Source of the DNA: Pristiophorus japonicus
Taxonomy: Eukaryota
DNA length: 64,000 nt
Assembly: GCF_044704955.1 (NCBI RefSeq)
Contig: NC_091980.1
Location: forward strand, 129,580,001-129,644,000
Direction: 5' to 3'
A program made the position numbers and the translations under genes. This document shows positions 60,594-64,000 of the stretch, piece after piece (positions within the stretch are counted from its first letter, which is position 1; the number at the start of each line of letters is the position of its first letter). The notes below the pieces were generated by a model that was given only the letters and a program-made list of their open reading frames with translations, was not told where the DNA came from and searched no databases.

Positions 60594-63538
60594 ACCGAAT
60601 GGTCTGCACCTGGGCAGGATTGGAACCAATGTCCTAGGGGGAGTGTTTGCTAGTGCTGTTGGAGAGGAGTTAAACTAATATGGCAGGGGGATGGGAACCT
60701 ATGCAGGGAGACAGAGGGAAATAGAAGGGGTGGGGGCAGAAGCAAAAGATAGAAAGGAGAATAGTAAAAGTAGAGGGCAGAGAAACCCAAGGTAAAAAGG
60801 GCCACAATACAGCAAGATTCAAAAGGGGCACAGTGTGTTTAAAAAGACAAGCCTCAAGCCTCTCTGCCTCAAATGTGAGGAGTAGTTGGAATAAGTTGTA
60901 TGAATTAACTGCACAGATAGCAGTTAATGGATATGATGCGATTGGCATCACGGAGACATGCTCCATGGTGACCAAGGCTGGGAACTCAAACCAAGGCTAT
61001 TCAGCATTTAGGAAGGATAGACAGAAAGGAAAATAAGGCGGGGTGGCTTTGCTGGTTTATAGAGGAAATCAATGCAATTATAATGAAGGACATTAACCTG
61101 GATGATGTGGAATCGGTATGGGTGGAGCTGGGGAATTCCAAAGGGCAGAAAACGCTAGTGGGAGTTGTGTATAGACCACCAAATAGTAGTAGTGAGGTTG
61201 GGGACAACATCAAACAAGAAATAAAGGATGTGTGCAATAAAGGTACAGCAGTAATCATGGGCGAATTTAATCTACATACAGATTGGGCTAACCTAACTGG
61301 TAGCAATGCGGTGGAGGAGGATTTCCTGGAGTGTATGCGGGATGGTTTTCTAGACCAATGTGTCGAGGAACCAAACAGGGAGCTGGCCATCCTCGACGAG
61401 GTGATGTGCAATGAGAAGGGATTAATTAGCAATCTTGTTGTGCGAGGCCCTTTGGGGAAAAGTGACCATAATATGGTAGAATTCCTTTTATTAAGATGGA
61501 GAGTGACAAAGTTAATTCGGAAACTAGGGTCCTAAACTTAAGGAAAGGTAACTTTGACGGTATGAGGTGGCAATTGGCTAGATTAGACTGGCAGAGGATA
61601 CTTAAAGGGTTGACGGTGGATAAGCAATGGCAAACATTTAAAGATCACATGGATGTACATCCCTGTCTGGAGTAAAAATAAAACTGGGAAGGTGGCTCAA
61701 CAATGGCTAACAAGGGAAATTAAGGATAGTGTTAAAACCAAGGAAGAGGAATATAAATTATCTAGAAAAAGCAACAAACCTCCGGACTGGGAGAAATTTA
61801 GAATTCGACAGAGGAGGACTAAGGGTTTAATTAAGAAGGGGAAAATAGAGTACGAGAGGAAGCTTGCAGGGAACATAAAAGCAGACTGCAAAAGCTTCTA
61901 TAAATATGTGAAGAGAAAAAGATTAGTAGAGACAAACGTAGGTCCCTAGCATTCTGATTCAGGTGAATTTATAATGGGGAACAAAGAAATGGCAGACCAA
62001 TTGAACCAATACTTTGGTTCTGTCTTCACAAAGGAAGATACAAGTAACCTTCCGAATGCACGAAGGGACAGTGGGCCTAGTGAGAATGAGGAACTGAAAG
62101 ATATCCTTATTAGGTGGGAAATTGTGTTAGGGAAATTGATGGGATTAAAGGCCGATAAATCCCTGGGTCCTGATAGTCTGCATCCCAGAGTACTGAAGGA
62201 AGTGGCCCTAGAAATAGTGGATGCATTGGTGATCATTTTCCAACAATCTATCGACTCTGGATCAGTTCCTATGGACTGGAGGGTAGCTAATGTAACGCCA
62301 CTTTTTAAAAAAGGAGAGAGAGAGAAAGCAGGTAATTATAGACCAGTTAGCCTGACATCAGTAGTGGGGAAAATGTTGGAATCAATCACTAAGGATGAAA
62401 TAGCAGCTCATTTGGAAAGCAGTGACAGGATCAGACCGAGTCAGCATGGATTTATGAAAGGGAAATCATGCTGGACGAATCTTCTGGAATTTTTTGCGAA
62501 TGTAACTACTAGAGAACCAGTGGATGTGGTGTATTTGGACTTTCAAAAGGCTTTTTACAGGTCCCGCACAAGAGATTGGTGTACAAAATCAAAGCGCATG
62601 ATATTGCGGGTAATGTGCTGACGTGGATAGAGAACTGGTTGGCAGACAGGAAGCAGAGAGTCGGGATAAACGGATCCTTTTCAGAATGACAGGCAGTGAC
62701 TAGTGGGGTGCCGCAGGGCTCAGTGCTGGGACCCCAGCTCTTTACAATATACATTAATGATTTGGATGAAGGAATAGAGTGTAATATCTCCAGGTTTGCG
62801 CTTGACACTAAACTGGGGGCGGTGTGAGCTGCGAGGAGGATGCTAAGAGGCTGCAGGGTGACTTGGACAGGTTAGGTGAGTGGGCAAATACATGGCAGAT
62901 GCAGTATAATGTGAATAAATGTGAGGTTATCCATTTTGGGGGCAAAAACACAAAGGCAGAATATTATCTGAATGGCGGCAGACTAGAAAAAGGGGAGGTG
63001 CAAAGAGACCTGGGTGTCATGGTTCATCAGTCACTGAAAGTGGGCACGCAGGTACAGCAGGCGGTAAAGAAGGCCTTCATAGCTAGGGGATTTGAATATA
63101 GGAGCAGGGAGGTCTTACTGCAGTTGTACAGGGCCTTCATGAGGCCTCACCTGGAATATTGTATTTGGTTTTGGTTTTGGTCTCCTAGTCTGAGGAAGGA
63201 TGTTCTTGCTATTGAGGGAGTGCAGCGAAGGTTCACCAGACTGATTCCAGGGGTGGCTTGGCTGTCATATGAGGAGAGACTGGATCAACTGGGCTTTATT
63301 CACTGGCGTTTAGGAGGATGAGAGGTGATCTCATCGAAACATATCAGATTCTGACGGGACTGGACAGGTTAGATGCGGGAAGAATGTTCTCGATGTTGGG
63401 AAGTCCAGAACCAGGGGACATAGTCTTAGGATAAGGGGTAGGCCATTTAGGACTGAGAGGAGGAGAAACTTCTTCACTCAGAGAGTTGTTGACCTGTGGC
63501 ATTCCCTGCCGCAGAGAGTTGTTGATGTCAGTTCATTG
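60594..63538 (+). mobile_element. CR1 LINE, truncated at both ends and degenerate
   Basis: End of ORF1, APE (VGVVYRPPNS, GKSDH) and RT fragments in ORFs 61083-63321. Confidence 0.92.
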
Positions 63539-63539
63539 A

Positions 63540-64000
63540 GTGCAGCAGCATAGAGTGGCATTCGTGAGTTTGGTAAGTGGGTGAGTTCAGGCAAGTGGGG
63601 GTGGCAGGTGCTGTTTTGTCTTGTTTTTCCTACCAGTGCTGACACTAGAGCAGCTGATAAGGATGCGAGAGTATGGGACGAAAGCCCAGAGACCAGCCCA
63701 ACCAGCTGCAGACAAAGATAGAGGGGTGCGAAATCGAGAGGTCACGTATCAGCCAAGCTGGTAAGTGGTTGGCTGTTCGACTGGTAAGTATAACTCTCTT
63801 TTAGACTGACTATTAGATTGGTTTAATTGGCAGCGAACTACTAAGTAGCTGTTTGGTGTTTAAGTAAATTTTAGTAAGTAAATTAATTTCAGGGTTAAGT
63901 CATGGCAGGAGAGCTTGGACCCATGTCATGCTCCTCCTGTGCTATGTGGGAAATCAGGGACACTTCCAGTGTCCCTGACTATTATGTGTGCAGGAAGTGT
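63540..64000 (+). mobile_element. 5' end of another CR1 (5' UTR and ORF1 start at 63902), running off the window
   Basis: ATG at 63902 gives MAGELGPMSCSSCAMWEIRDTSSVPDYYVCRKC, homologous to ORF1 at 54989. Confidence 0.85.

Overview
Repeat-rich vertebrate genomic DNA, most consistent with a cartilaginous fish (shark-type CR1 LINEs, Deu-domain SINEs, RTE and Tx1 elements; the taxon is inferred). The only host genes are a head-to-tail (+ strand) tandem array of four-exon ferritin genes (176-aa H/M-type). FT1 (3195-6505) has an open ORF with altered ferroxidase and channel residues. FT2 (11056-14348) is a pseudogene. FT3 (21107-24077) is intact with a complete ferroxidase centre. FT4 (30919-34071, exons 1-3) and an orphan exon 4 (~37702-37835) are pseudogene pieces, and FT5 (57117-59982) is a pseudogene. 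The array arose by segmental duplication: 1-6.7 kb matches ~25.7-34 kb, and 14.3-24.3 kb matches ~37.8-60.3 kb. It was then invaded by CR1, RTE, Gypsy, solo-LTR and MITE insertions. Three points stand out: the 5' UTR iron-responsive element is recognisable but broken in four copies and absent in the fifth; FT1 carries E62Q and E134K; and a Tx1-type retrotransposon 3' end sits just upstream of four ferritin promoters. Most short ORFs in the supplied track are transposon debris or noise.
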